Source: Sphyrna mokarran (taxonomy: Eukaryota). Taken from it: a stretch of 64,000 nucleotides of DNA. Below, piece by piece: positions 50,924 to 64,000 of the stretch. The position numbers and the translations under genes were made by a program. The stretch is taken from contig JAGIQG010000024.1 in the NCBI GenBank assembly GCA_024679065.1, positions 4,340,001-4,404,000 of the forward strand, read 5' to 3'. The notes beneath the pieces are model-generated. The model did no database searches and had not been told where the DNA came from. It saw only the letters and a program-made list of their open reading frames with translations. The stretch's first letter is position 1, and each line of letters starts with the position of its first letter.

Positions 50924-51426
50924 TTATGCCATGGATGTGCAAAAGGATTCTTCAACCCATAAAAGGATTAGTCCTGGCAGCCCGACTATTCCTCCTCCAG
51001 CACCACCACCTGGCCCGCCAATGGGAGGTGGGCCTGCTCCACCACCAGCTCCCCCTCCTCCTCCACCACCATTCATGGGAGCTGAGGGACATGCGCCTCC
51101 TGTCGCTCCACCGCCGCCTCCTCCTTCAATGCCTCCCATGCAGTTTAATCAAAACTTCCATGGTATTGAAGCTCCATCAGTCCCCCCTCCTCCTCCTCCA
51201 ACTGATCAGTTCCCTGCTGCTCCTGCACTATCTTCTGCAGGAGGAGCTGGGCCTCCACCACCCCCTCCTCCTCCTCCCCCTCCTGGCCCACCACCTCCAA
51301 ACCCACCACCATTATCTTTTAACAATGCCCCAGCTCCACCATCTCTATCTTCAGAGCCAAAACCCAAAGCCTCTTTGCCACCAGTGACTGATGCTCGGAC
51401 CGACTTGCTATCAGCCATTCGACAAG
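50924..51426 (+). CDS. WASF2: WASF2 coding exon 7 (proline-rich region and start of WH2/V domain)
   Basis: ttacag acceptor; YAMDVQKD...poly-Pro...[22 protein letters not shown](G); donor gtaaag; 503 nt, phase 2/1. Confidence 0.96.
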
Positions 51427-53309
51427 GTAAAGCTGGTTTTGCACTAACATTTAGTGGCACAGAAGAAGCCTAATACAGTTTGCTTTTTGTCCAATTGAAT
51501 GCAGATGGTAACAAAATGTATTTGATTGAACTGTAATGGCTATTTCTCACAGATCAGTTGCTTTCTCCGTACAACAATCTAGCAAATGACTGTTCAGATT
51601 GCTTTTACATTTTGAACACCAGCATAACTGAAGAATTATTGATCGTTTTGATTCACAGATTACTTTTTAATACATATAAGAGGCACATTTTGATAGTATC
51701 TACAAATACTTCAGTTTTAACCAGTTGAGTAAGGATAAAGCATCCGATGGCTCATTTACCTTTGGAATCAATTTGACACTGAATACCTTTGATATACAAT
51801 GCTGATGAAATCCACAGTACATCAGTAGCATAATAGTGAAGAAGGGAACTTTATGAAGAATAACTCTTATTTAAGAAGACTGAGATGTTACATTTTCAGT
51901 TGCAATTTTCTTCAAAGGTAACAACTGCTAGTGCTCACCAAATAATCGTAGGGTTGCACTATACATACAAGGAATGACTGTGAATAAAGACTGAATCAGT
52001 TGATTTTCATCAGAGCATTAAAAAAAGTGGTCCAGTTGTCTAAAGTGCCCCTGAAGAGAAGCAGAATTCGTTGTTTAATATTGCCTTGGTATCTACTGGA
52101 AAATGTTTGTGTGTTAGGTGGAGTTATTGGTATGGGTATCAACCTGTGTCCATGGAAATAAACCTGGAGTTACCTGTGAGAAGGGAGATTCGATCCTGGA
52201 GTTTAGAACTGCTTCAGTGCAGCTGCAGGATGTTCTCCCAAGGAGGGTGAACTGTCGGAGATTGTGATCCACTTCAGTAACAATGACTTGGGTAGGAAAG
52301 GGGGATTTGGTCTTGAAAGCATTATTTAAGGAGCTAGGAAGGAGATTGAAAAGCAGGCCTTCTAAGGAGTAAACTCAGGATTACTCCAAGTCCCCACAGA
52401 AATAGAAAGATTGAATGTCTAGCTGGAGAACTGGTATAAGAGAGTACATCAGATTTCTGAGGCATAGAAATTGGTTCTGGGGCACAAGATGATCAGGCTT
52501 AGCAGGACTTGAAACTAACATACTGGCAAGGAGATTGGCCAGTGCTGTCGGGAAGGGTTGAAAATAGATTGGGAAGGAGCTGGGAAAGTGAGAGGGAGTC
52601 AGAGTCAAAGGTTGCAAAAAAGGAATAGAAAGCAAAAAGACACGGATGAAATATAGAAAAGCATCAAATGCGATAAGAACAGAATAATGTTAAAATTAAA
52701 AGCTTTTTATCCGAATGCATGTAGCATTCACAAAATGATTTGAATGATCAAACTGAGGTAAATGAGTATGATTTAATTTTTTAAATTAACTTCTGGGATG
52801 TTGGTGTCACTGGCTAAGCCAACATTTATTGCCCTTGAGAAGGCGGTGATGCCTTCTTGAGCTGTTACAATCCTGTGGTATAGATACACCCACAATACTG
52901 CTAGAGAGTGTTCCAGGATTTTGACCCAGTGAAGGAATGGCACTGCATTTGCCTGACGAAGACGAAAGTTGAAAGCTTGCAGATTTACTATCAAATAAAT
53001 TGGTTGGATTTAAAATTGGTGTTGCCAGACCTCTTACTGATTATATTTTCAAGTCAGGATGGTGTATACATGGAGAGGAACTTTTAGATGGGAGTATTCT
53101 CATGTATCCACTGCCCTTGCTAGTGGCCATGGCTTGGGAAGATGCTGCCTTCTGAGATGCATTTTCACCTTCTTGAGGTACACACTGCTGCCATTATTCA
53201 TCAACAGTGGAAGGTTTGTCAGTCAAGCGGGCTGCTTTGTCCTGGATGGTTTTGAGCTTTTTGAGCGTTTCTTGGAACTGCGCTCATGCAAGCAACACGT
53301 GAGCATACT

Positions 53310-55710
53310 TGGGAGAAGTTATGCTAATTATTTTTGTTATATTCTATGTTTAATAATTTTGTTTGATGAAAGCTTCGTAGTGGGTCACTTGAACCATTCC
53401 TGGGGTAACATACCTTATGCTCACCAATGCCAAAATCAAATGTAAAACTAACAGTCAAGTCTTGATTCACAAAACACATTAGAATTTCTGACCTGGGCAT
53501 TGGGGGCTCTTTGTGAGATTAAAATCTATATCCCTTGTCTGTTTTGGGATTAGTGGATTCAAAGCCTGAGTGGTCAATGTATTTGTGTTTTCTATTCAGG
53601 TGTTGCATTCAATTTAAGTAGGTAGTGCCTTATGGAATAAAGGCTCTTTCAGTGGCTAAAAATTTCCTGCATGTGGAAGAGGTCACTTAGGGTGGTTTAC
53701 AAAACGTGGCGAAAGTAAACCTTTTTGTAATTGGCGAATAAGCTGCAGTTATTAACTGAGGGGACGAGGAAGGTGGAAATAATTGCAGTGATAGCTCAGC
53801 ATTTGAAATTGCCAGAAACATGCTGGAATCATTGGAAATAGCTAAAATTCAATTACAAATGTAACAGCTTGAATTAGAAGCAAAAAAAGAGGGAGGGAGG
53901 AAAAAAGAAAATAAAATTAAAACAGCTTGAACATGTAAGGGAAGTAAAACAGTTTGAATTGTGATTAAAAACACAGGAGAGAAAAGAGAGTGAATAGCCG
54001 TGGCAGATCAAAAAGAGAAAGACAGTATAACTATGGCAAAGGAAAGAGTTAAGAGAGCTTTAGCACAAGAAGAAGAGAGAGTGAATTTGAACTCCGGAAA
54101 TTGGAACTGAAACTTGAAATGCAGAGATAAAGATTAAAGTTGGGAATAGTGATGAGGACCGAGGAAGAACGAAGACGTTATTATCAAAGACCTGATAGGG
54201 ATCTATTTAAATACGTGCAGGCATTGCCAAGGTTTGATGCGAAGGATGTTTGAAGCCTTTTTTTATTCTATTTGAGAAAGTAGTTGAACAGGTGAAATGG
54301 CCATCTGGGTATTATTGATTCAAAATTGGTAGGTAGAGCAATTTTGCATCATTATCTGAGGTGGTGTCTAGGGATTATGATATAAAAAAGCCATCTTATG
54401 TGCATGTGAACTAGTGCCAGAAACCTGCCGATGGTTTAGAAATTGAAGGAAAGAACCTGGTCAAAATACGTAGAATTTAAAGGATCAAACAAAGTAATTT
54501 TAATAAGTGGATAAGGGCCTTGAAAATAGGCCGGACGTATAATGCACTTCGAGAGAGTTATTTTGGAGGAACTTAAAAATTCATTTCCTGACTTAGTGAG
54601 AACACATGGAAGAGGGTTTAAACTGCAAGGTTAGCAGCAGAAATGGCAAATAATTATGAATTGATTCATAAATCAAAGTTTGGTTTCTGACATCAGTTTC
54701 AGCTTATGAGGGATAAAAACTGGGCAAGAGAGAAATACTCGGATGTTAAAGGCAAAGGAGATCTTGTGGAAGATAATAAAGACTCAGGTTAAGAGGGAAG
54801 CTCATGAGGATAGAAGAGAAATAAAAAGTCTGGGATGTTTTCACTGTGAGACTTTGCATGGCCTACTTTATTAATGTTAGCATTTAAGAAAAGCACTGGG
54901 AAGGCCAATGTGATAAAACAGGATAAGTTAATGGGAATTATTATAGTGATAAAGGAAACTCCCATTTAAAGCTAAAGAATGTACAACCTGGTCAGATTGG
55001 TTGATAAAGTTTACTTGTGTGTACCAGGAGGAGTAGGTGAAGAAATCAAAATTTTAAATATAGAGGCAAGTCAGATTTTGGTAAGAAATGAGAAGTTACA
55101 TAGTTTAGAAGGAATATTGCCGTAAAATGTGGAATTCAGGTTGAGAGAAGTAGTGTTTCCTTATAAAGATGAGGGTGGCCCAGTAAAAAGTGAATTGATA
55201 GTAGGAATAATAGAGAAATGATCTTATCTTGGAATGCAGTTTATGTTGGGTGATGATACAGCTGCATCACTTGTGGAAGTGCTGGCTTCTGTGGTTAAAA
55301 AGTAGGTGGGAAACGAAATCACCAATCTGTTAAAGGATGTTCTGGGATTTTTCCTGATTGTTTGGTAATAAAGTCACAAAGCCATACGTTACAACAAGAG
55401 GAGAAATCAAAGAGTGAAGATAAAGAAGTTCAATTGTCAGAAACCATTTTTGATCAGATAGTTGGAAAGGATCAAGATTAGATGGAAAAAGATGAAGTGG
55501 ATATTCTTAGTTTGGGGAAGTTGGCAGAATTAAACCAGAAGGTGTAGAGGTAAAACAGTTATATCAGAAAGCATACATGGAAAAAGAATGGATTTGTAGC
55601 GGAACTTAAAAATGTCTTAATGAGGAAATGAAGGCCTTTACATGAAAAATGGGCAGAAATTCATCAAATGGTATTGCCAGTGGGCTGTAAAATCAAGTTA
55701 TTGTGGATAG
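53310..55710 (+). mobile_element. Decayed Gypsy-type LTR retrotransposon: LTR end, PBS and gag/pol remnant
   Basis: CA at 53498-53499, then TGGGGGCTC (tRNA-Pro-type PBS core). A purine-rich coiled-coil region follows, then a gag motif DLFKYVQALPRFDAKDV...FEKVVEQVKWP and CFHC, with many stops and frameshifts. Confidence 0.72.
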
Positions 55711-56353
55711 CATCAGGATCTGGGTAACTTCATATAACACCTTGGCTTGGTTTCTGGCTTGGGCCTTAAAATTGTTCCTGCCTTGAAAGAGACCTCCTTT
55801 CAGCCGAATGGCTTTGGTTCTCGTGTATTTTAATATGAAGACATACCTCTGAGGGTGCCACTGTGTTGAGGTATCTTTGTGGTGTTTAACCTATCTCAAT
55901 GGCATCCACCTCTGATGCCCCCTCATTGAGCTGGCAACATCAGGAACCTGTTCCTGTGCACAGCAAAGATGGAAATGACCAACTGGGAGGCTGTCACTGG
56001 TGAGATTATGCTAGAAGAGCTGCTACCAACGTGTGACACCCCAGCCTCATCCTGTGTTTATTACTATTGCTAGCTAGTGGGATCTTATTAGAGATTTTTG
56101 AATGCCATTTTAATTTTCTCTAGTGTCATAGCAACAGCTCTTGTTATACAATAGCAAAAAGGCTGAGAGCAGAAATGTTAATGTAATCTGCCCTTAGTTC
56201 GATTTAAGGATGCTGATATCTTAGTGTCCAACATTAGAAAGCTGTTGCATTCAGTGTTTGATCTAAAAGCTGGAACCAGGATTCAGCCAGATGAGCTATT
56301 TTTAATATGAAGGGTAAACCTTGCATTTCAAACCTGTTTTGTTTATTCACTAG

Positions 56354-56508
56354 GCTTCCAGCTTCGTAAAGTTGAGGAGCAACGAGAGCAAGAGGAAAAA
56401 CGGGACCGGGTCGGGAATGACGTGGCGACAATCCTGTCCAGACGTATTGCAGTTGAATACAGTGATTCTGAAGAATCAGAATTTGATGATGAAGAGTGGT
56501 CTGATTAA
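56354..56508 (+). CDS. WASF2: WASF2 last coding exon (WH2-central-acidic VCA end)
   Basis: cactag acceptor; (G)[50 protein letters not shown]; TAA at 56506-56508. The summed CDS is 1485 nt = 494 aa. Confidence 0.97.
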
Positions 56509-57860
56509 GCTGAGCTATGCTGACACACACACATCACCAGCTGCCAGTATTCTCCTGTTTGAAACGCCAAACCTTTTCCAACAATGCCTTCACACATAGA
56601 TGTAGTACTCTAATGTATTATTTGCACAGTCTGTGAATCTGTTGGAAAGATGCAAGTCAGACAAGAAAACACTTGGCATTATTATGGAGGGCTTATAATA
56701 TATGAAGTGCCACATTTATAAAGCAATAAAATAGACTTGCCCTTGTGGGAGTTACCATATGCACTGCATGTACACACATTTCAACAAGGAGGATAAATGT
56801 GCTAAAAAAACCACTGGATTCTTAACATTAAAACATCTTGCTGTCTTGTTTCAAACAGTAAATGCAGTGCACATGATCATTCAACAATGAAATTATATTT
56901 ATCAGCCAATGTTTTCTTCTATATAAATTAATGGTATTCTGCCTTTTAATCACATACTGTAGTTAGAATGATGGAATTCTGTAATCTTATAAATCAGCGG
57001 TATAAAAATATATACGCAGATATAGTTTAGAGTCCATATTCACACTTGCTAGTGCTAATCAGATTTAAATAAACCATATGTTCTTATTGATTTAAATCAT
57101 GCCAACTTGTCTTTTGTGAAATTTGTAATGTCACCAAAGTGCTTTACTGAGCAAAGTTTTAAAGGGAACGTGTAAAATGTCTATTGTAGGAATCTTTAGG
57201 CCCTAGTAGTTTTATAATATGGCAACATGTTCCTGTAATGAGGTACCAACTTCTTGTGTTAATTGCCTACAGGTATACACAGGTAATTGTCTGGAAGGAA
57301 GCATTTAATGATAGACCAAAAAAAAGGACTCTAAACTTATGAGGGAACTGCAATTTAATCTTTGCTTTGTTTACATCATTTGTAAGTGTTTCTACATCTT
57401 GCTTAAGCAATCATTCAGTGAGTGGATGTGAGGAGAGCGCTTCACTGACAAACTATGCAAATTTAGTGCTCGTCAAAGCTAACATTATGGAATATTATGT
57501 ACAATAAAATTAAAGTGTTCAAAATTATCTTGATTTAAATTTAACAGATTATTTTCCTAGTGTTTTCAGGTAGATTTTGTAATTATACAGTATCCAAATC
57601 AGGTAGCTGGGTTAATTCAATTCTATAATTTCCTCCCTTCTGTTGTTCTGTCCCTAGTGTGGGCAGTTCTATTTGTTTTCTGGAGTTACTTCTAAGTAAT
57701 TACAATAGAACTTATCAAGACTTAACTGTAGTGGGGTGCTCACGAGAATATATTTAATTAGAATTTTATGTAACTAAAGATCATGTGTGGAATTTGCTAT
57801 GGATCTCCTGAAGACTGTTAAAATAAATAATTACCAAAATTGTTGTGTTTGATTGGGCTT
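56509..57860 (+). other. WASF2: WASF2 3' UTR with several candidate polyadenylation signals
   Basis: AT-rich stretch with no recognisable repeats after the stop codon. AATAAA at 56725, 57068, 57503 (preceded by TGTA) and 57822 (followed by a GT-rich tract from 57841). Confidence 0.7.
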
Positions 57861-58204
57861 GATTTATTTTAACGTGTGCATTATTAAATATTTCTCCTTT
57901 CATTCGAGTCATGACAAAACCATTGATTTAGACGTCACTTTTGAAATTTGATTTTGGAAAGTGAAGCTGCATCCAGCGTGCTCTTGTAGATGAAAAATGC
58001 AGCAAGTGCACAAAACATCTTCATTAATTTACAGTTCAGTACAACATGGCAAATATAGGTGACAAGCAGTGGAAGTTCTCCAAGCAGATGTGCATCAATG
58101 CAAGGAAAGGGCAATGCCCATCAATTTCCAAAGTAGAAAGTGAGGAAAGAAAGAGAAAAGGTCGTCTAAGTGTTTGGAGCATATTGTGTTTCGTTTCTGT
58201 AAAA

Positions 58205-58490
58205 AGTAGCCTGACACCCAGTGTATTGCTGAGGGAGTGCTGTGCTGTCAAAACTACTTTTGAATGAGAGATTGGATAGAGGCTTTGTATGCTGGTATTA
58301 TTTGATGAGTAGCAAAATACCTGTCACATTGAGCTGGCTAATTTTCTTATACTTGAATCAATTGATCTAAGGCAGATTGTTGTTTGTTGGACCTTATACA
58401 CAAATTGCTTGTTCCTACGTTGTGATAGATTACCTCTGAAAAGTACTTTGTTAGTTGTAAAGCACTCTGGGACATTGTGTTTATATAAAG
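58205..58490 (+). mobile_element. Ancient DeuSINE-like (SacSINE1/AmnSINE1-related) fragment
   Basis: CTGACACCCAGTGTATTGCTGAGGGAGTGCTGTGCTGTC head and TGTAAAGCACTCTGGGAC tail. An antisense relative lies at ~38330-38520. Confidence 0.55.
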
Positions 58491-58739
58491 CATGATCTTT
58501 TATCAGAAAATGGGGTTTATTGAAATGGTTTAATTGAAACTGGTAATCTGGGAGATAGCATTGAAATTATTCCACAAATTAGATGTATAAAGGTAGTATT
58601 AAAATGAAGATATGAGGCAGGCTGGGGTTGAGAGAAAAGATAAGTGTTGGCTGAAATTTTAGTAGATTTCCAGAATAATATGCATCTGATTCAATCAGTT
58701 AAACTAAACATAGAAAATGACCCGAGGATTCTTTGTTAC

Positions 58740-60210
58740 ATCATAAAACATAGGAGCAGAATTGGGCCACTCAGCCCATTGCGTCTGCTCCACCATTCAA
58801 TCATGGCAGCTTTTTTCTCATCCCTGTTCTGCCCTTTCCCCATAACTTCTGATCCCCTTATTAATCAGGAACTTATCTATTTCTGTCTTAGACACTCAAT
58901 GACCTGGTCTCCATAGTCTTGTGTGGCAAAGAATTCCACAGATTTACCACTTTCTGGCTGAAGAAATTCCTCCTCATCTCTGTTTTAGAAAATTGTCCCT
59001 TTCATCTGAGATTGTGCCCTATGGTTCTAGTTTTACCTACTAGTAGAAACATCTTTGCCACATGCACTCTTTCGAAGCCTCGCAGTATCCTGTAAGTTTC
59101 AATAAAATCCTCCCTCATTCTTCTGAACTCCAATGAGTACAGATCCAGAGTTCTCAAACATTCCTGGTGTAATTAGAAAGTTAAGCTCATTGGAAGTGTA
59201 ACTGGCATATAATGCATTAATATTTGGAACTACACTAGTTGGTAAGGTTTGATAAGTGCTGATGTACGAGTTAGAAGGAATACTTTTTGAAACTCAACTT
59301 GTAGTAACATTGATATTAACTTGTTAAATGCTGGCTTCCACTAGGTTTTTTGCTTGAGATGCAATAGTAACTTGGCAGCAGCTTCCATATTCTGTATAAA
59401 ACAGGTATAGGCCATTGACATTTTCCTGAATTCCTGTTGGTAATAAGAAAAGCAAATTTCAGCATGTTCTGTGCTCAGAATCTTTTAATGGATTGCTCCA
59501 ACTACAGTCTGCAGTGCTGCACCTCATAAAACACGTGACGCACATAGCATTATTTGAACAATTTGAGTGCAAGTTTAAAATGTTGTCCTTCTTGAATTCA
59601 CTCCCATGATTAACAATGTCCAAAAATTTTTAAAAATTTATTCATTAGTCACAAGTAGGTTTAAGAACAAAGAAAATTCCAGCACAAGAACAGGCCCTTC
59701 AGCCCTCCAAGCCTGCACCCTCCATGCTGCCAACTTAGCTAAAATCCCACACCCTTCTGGGGGCCATATCCCTCTAATACAGATTAGACAGTACAGTGGG
59801 ATGTGGACAGTAAAGTGGTTAGCATTAACTGTCCAGTGAGAACAAACCAAGTTTGTCCAACCTCTGCTCATAGCTAATACCCTCCATATCAGGCAATACC
59901 TTGGTAAATCTTTTCTGTACCCTCTCTGAAGCCTGCACATCCTTCTGGTAGTGTGGCGACCAGAATTGGACACTATATTCCAAGTGCAGCCTAAGGTTCT
60001 ATAAAGTTGCAACATGACTTGCCAATTTTTAAACTCGATGCCCTGACCGATGAATGCAAGCATGCTGTATGCCTTCTTGACTCCCTTCTCCACCTGCATT
60101 GCCATTTTCAGTGACCTGTGTACCTATACACCCACATCCCTCTGCCTATCAATACTCTTAAGTATTTTGCTATTTTCAGTATATTTCCTATCTATATTAG
60201 ATCTTCCAAA
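58740..60210 (-). mobile_element. Two CR1 3' fragments (58740-59165 and 59665-60210)
   Basis: Antisense CR1 tails; one ORF reads VKKAYSMLAFIGQGIEFKNWQVMLQLYRTL. Confidence 0.8.
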
Positions 60211-62179
60211 ACATTACATTAACATTGTGATGAGGTGGTTATTAAAAAAAACCCTAATCACCATTCTCCAGCACCCATTCAGGTACGTTGAGAGAGAATT
60301 TAGCATAAACAATGCACTTAACTGGCATATCTTTTGGACTGTCTTCCAACCTGAGCACTTGGAAGGAGCCTACGCAGACAGTGATCCAAACCAGGAATGG
60401 AATCTGGGTCCCTGGAGCTGTGAGGTAGCATTACTAACCACTGTGCTATCCATATGCAGATTAGGTGGATTGCCATGCTGAACTATCCCATAGTGTCCAA
60501 TGATGTGTAGGTTAGGAGGATTAAATGGAGTAAATATGTGGGGTAATCGTGATAGGGCCTGGGTGAGATGCTCTGTCAAACAGTCGGTGCAGACTCTGGG
60601 CTGAATGGCCTCCTGCACTGCCGGGATTCCATTCTATAATCCTAAGATTAATTTTCAAAAGTTCAGGCCCAAACATTGTATTGTTGCCCTTTAATTGTTG
60701 TTTATCTTGTACTGTTAAATTCCTTACATATAATTAATAACAATTAACTATCTAGGCCTTTAATTATTCTGCATTGCAACAAATTATTCTGGTGTTCCTG
60801 GTTTTAAGAATTTAGTTTGTGCCAATGTGTTATCCTGTAATTGTGCCTTCTGCCTCTGGAGGGCAGTGGTGCAGCATAAAATTGATTTGACAGATGTGCT
60901 GCTAAAGTTTGAAGCAGGAAGGTTTAAGTAAAACTGAAAGTACTTGATTTCCGTTCCAGACCACAGAAGGAACTTTTAAATGAACCTTTTGGTAAAAACT
61001 GGAATAATTGTTTGGAAAAGGTGACAAGAAAAGTGCATGAACTATAGAGCCATAGAATTCTTATAGTGTGGAAGGAGACCATTTGGCCTATCGATTTTGC
61101 ACAGACTCTGAAAGAGCATCTTACCGGGGCTCATGCCCTGCCTATTCCTGTAACTCTGTGTATTTGCTATAGTTAATCCACCCAGCCTTTGGACACTAAA
61201 GGGAAATTTAGTATAACCAATCCAGCTGTTATTTACTCATTTGTAGAACATGGGTGCCGCTGGCTGGCCAGTATTTATTGCCCATCCCTAGTTGTCCCTT
61301 GAGGGCAGCTGAAAGTCAACCACATTGCTGTGGCTCTGGAATCATATGTAGGTTAGACCGGGTAAGGACAGCAGATTTCCTTCCCTAAAGAACATTAGTG
61401 AACCAGATGGCTTTTTCTGATAATGGTTTCATAGTCATCAGTAGACTGTTATTTCCAGATATTTTGTGTTGAATTCAAATTCCATCATCTGCCATGGCAG
61501 GATTCAAACCTGGATCCCCAGAACATTCGTTGTATTTCTGGATCAATAGTCTAACAATTGTACCATTGGACCATCACCTTCCCTAAACACCTAACCTGCA
61601 CATGTTTAGACTGAGTTTGATTTTTAGCAAACGGTTGTAAATACTAAAATGTTGGGTTTGGACAACACTAACTGATAATAAATAGATTATAATAACACTT
61701 CTGTGTAAATTTTAAGCCTTAATATGCATGTGTCTGATTTGTTGGAAATGAGAACTTTGCTTTGAGAGTTTCATCAATCTGATATTGAAAGAGAGAGATT
61801 TCAGAGCCTTTTATAAGGAACAGTTGGAACTGTGGTTTACTTCTCCAATAAGATCCAGCATGCTGGTACACCCATCAAGACTATGCCATGGTTGGAATAT
61901 CTCTCCCACCACAGCTGTTCAAGGCAAAAAAATTGGTAAACATTACCTTGCCCATCAAACAACTTTCTAGGGTAAAAAATCATTTCGACACACTATTATC
62001 TGATACTTTATTTCATGTGACAAAACTCTAATTCTCTGATTTAGAGGTTGTGTTATGATAGACCAGAAGGCCAAAGTGTAGCCAGGAGAATATATTGTTA
62101 TTGAAACTTTCACTGACCCTCCTGGGAAGATGGAGAGCTCAGTGTCAGATTTTAACCATTAGGAGCTCAGCTAGATAAA

Positions 62180-64000
62180 GCAGTCACAGAACAAAGTTAG
62201 CATGTAGGTGCAGTGAGTCATTAGGAAGGCAAATTGAATGTTGGCTTTATTGCACAAGGAATGGCATATAAAAGTAGAGAAAGAGTGGCTTTGTAACTGT
62301 CCTGGACACCATCTGAAATACTGTGTATAGTTTTGGTTTCTTTCAGGAGGTACTTGAATTCAGCAAGTTTCCTGAAATGAATTGGTTTTCTTCCGAGGAA
62401 TACAGAGTGGCTGCATCTTCGTTGGAGTTTAGAAGAATCAGGTAATCTTATTGGAATATAAGATTCCAAAGATGCTTAATAGGATGGATGCTGAGAGGAT
62501 GCTTCATTCTGGGAAGGGGGCAATGTTTCAAAATCAGAGGCCATCTATTTAAGACTGAGATAATGAATTTTCTTTGAAGGCTGATTGTCTTTGGAATTCT
62601 TTTCCACAAGAGAAAATTGCAGCATGCTGCTGTGCAGAGGGACCTGGGTGCCCTTGTGCAAGAATTACAATGAGTTAGTTTGCAGGTGCAGCAGGTAATT
62701 AAGAAGGCAAATGGAATTTTGTCCTTTATTGTTAGAGGGATGGAATTTAAAAACAGGTTATTGTTGTAGCTGTATAGGGTGCTGGTGAGGCCACATCTGG
62801 AATACTGTGTACAGTTTTGGCCTCCTTAATTGAGAAAGGATATACTGGCACTGGAGGGGATGCAGATGAGATTCACTAGGTTGATCCTGGAGTTGAGAGG
62901 TTTGATTTATGAGGATGGAATGAGTAGACTGGGCTATGCCTGGAATTTAGAAGAATGAGATAAGATCTTATAGAAACAAAGGAAATTGTGGAGGGAATCG
63001 GTAAAATAGAAGCAGAGAAGTTGTTTCCACTGGTGGGTGAAACTAGAACTAGGGGGCATGACCTCAAAATAAGGGGGAGCAGATTCAGGACTGATTTGAT
63101 GAGGAACTTCTTCACACAAAGGGTTGTGAATCTATGGAAATCGCTGACCAGTGAAGCAGTTGAATGTTTTTAAGGTAAGGATAAACTTTTGAACAGTAAA
63201 GGAATTAAATTTTATGGTGAGCGTGTGGGTAAGTGGAGCTGATCTTATTGAATGGTGGAGCAGGCTTGAGAGGCCAGATGGTCTACTCCTGCTCCTTGTT
63301 TTTATGAGATTAATGGAGACTTGGACATTGAGTATATTTAAGGCTGAGTTGGGCAGATTTTTGATGAATAAGTGAATCAATGGTTATGGGAGACTGGCAG
63401 GAAAGTGGAATTAATATCGTGCCTTTTCTAGACTTACAATTATAACTTTGAAGAATTACAGAATTGTTACAGTTCAGAGGGAGGCCAATGGGCCCATTAT
63501 ATCAGCACCTCTCTCCAAATGAACATTATGACTTTATATCGTTCTCCCACCTATTCCCTGTATGCTTGCACATTATTTTTATTTAAATAATTTAATGTCC
63601 TCTTGAATGCCTTGATTGAATCTGCTTTCACTCCACTTCCAGGCAGTGTGTTCCAGACCCAAACCGCTCACTGGGTGAAAAAGTATTTTCTCGCATCATA
63701 TCTGCTTCTTTTGCAAATCACTTTAAATTTGTGCCCTCTTGTTCATTCTACAAGTAGGAACAATTTCTTTCTAGCTATTCTGTCTAGCCCCCTCATGACT
63801 TTAAGCATCTCTGTCAAATTTGCTTTTGGCTTTCTCCCCAAGGAGAACAGTCCCAACTTTTCCAATCTATCCTCATAACTGAAGTTTCTCATTCCTGGAT
63901 ACATTTTTGTAAATCACTTCTGTTACCCTCCCCATCTCTCCTATAGTATAGCACCCAGAAAGTATACAATATTTAATCTAAGATCTAACATGTCCTGCTT
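62180..64000. mobile_element. Cluster of CR1 3' fragments (+ strand 62180-63410, - strand 63450-64000)
   Basis: ORF reads EKLFPLVGETRTRGHDLKIRGSRFRTDLMRNFFTQRVVNLWKSL; a VRPHLEYCVQFW remnant lies near 62785. Confidence 0.85.

Noticed and set aside
50869-51460. Gly-rich antisense ORFs and a Leu/His-rich shifted ORF
   Set aside because: These are shadows of the WASF2 poly-proline exon.
33333-56508. Assignment as WASF1 or WASF3
   Set aside because: [43 protein letters not shown] and the WSD* terminus match WAVE2 as I know it rather than WAVE1 or WAVE3.

Overview
AT-rich, repeat-dense vertebrate DNA, most likely from a shark or other elasmobranch, judged from HE1/V-type SINEs, DeuSINE-like fragments, CR1 LINEs and Penelope-derived repeats. 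The only real protein-coding gene is WASF2 (WAVE2/SCAR2) on the + strand. It has a CpG-island promoter at ~12.8-13.3 kb, eight coding exons from 33333 to 56508 (1485 nt, 494 aa, all GT-AG with consistent phases) and a 3' UTR to ~57.5-57.85 kb. A ~3 kb array of a 26-bp unit lies directly upstream of the promoter; its long ORFs are artefacts. The rest is mostly decayed CR1/L2-type LINEs, SINEs, two Gypsy remnants and Penelope-type repeats carrying minimal hammerhead motifs. The most striking observation is a ~1.34 kb CpG-rich, hairpin-rich insertion in a WASF2 intron (39513-40854). Its minus strand begins with a near-textbook HDV-like (delta) ribozyme fold, followed by two diverged tandem copies of the same architecture with compensatory stem changes. 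Locally templated insertions are also visible. All calls were made by eye; no searches or folding programs were run.
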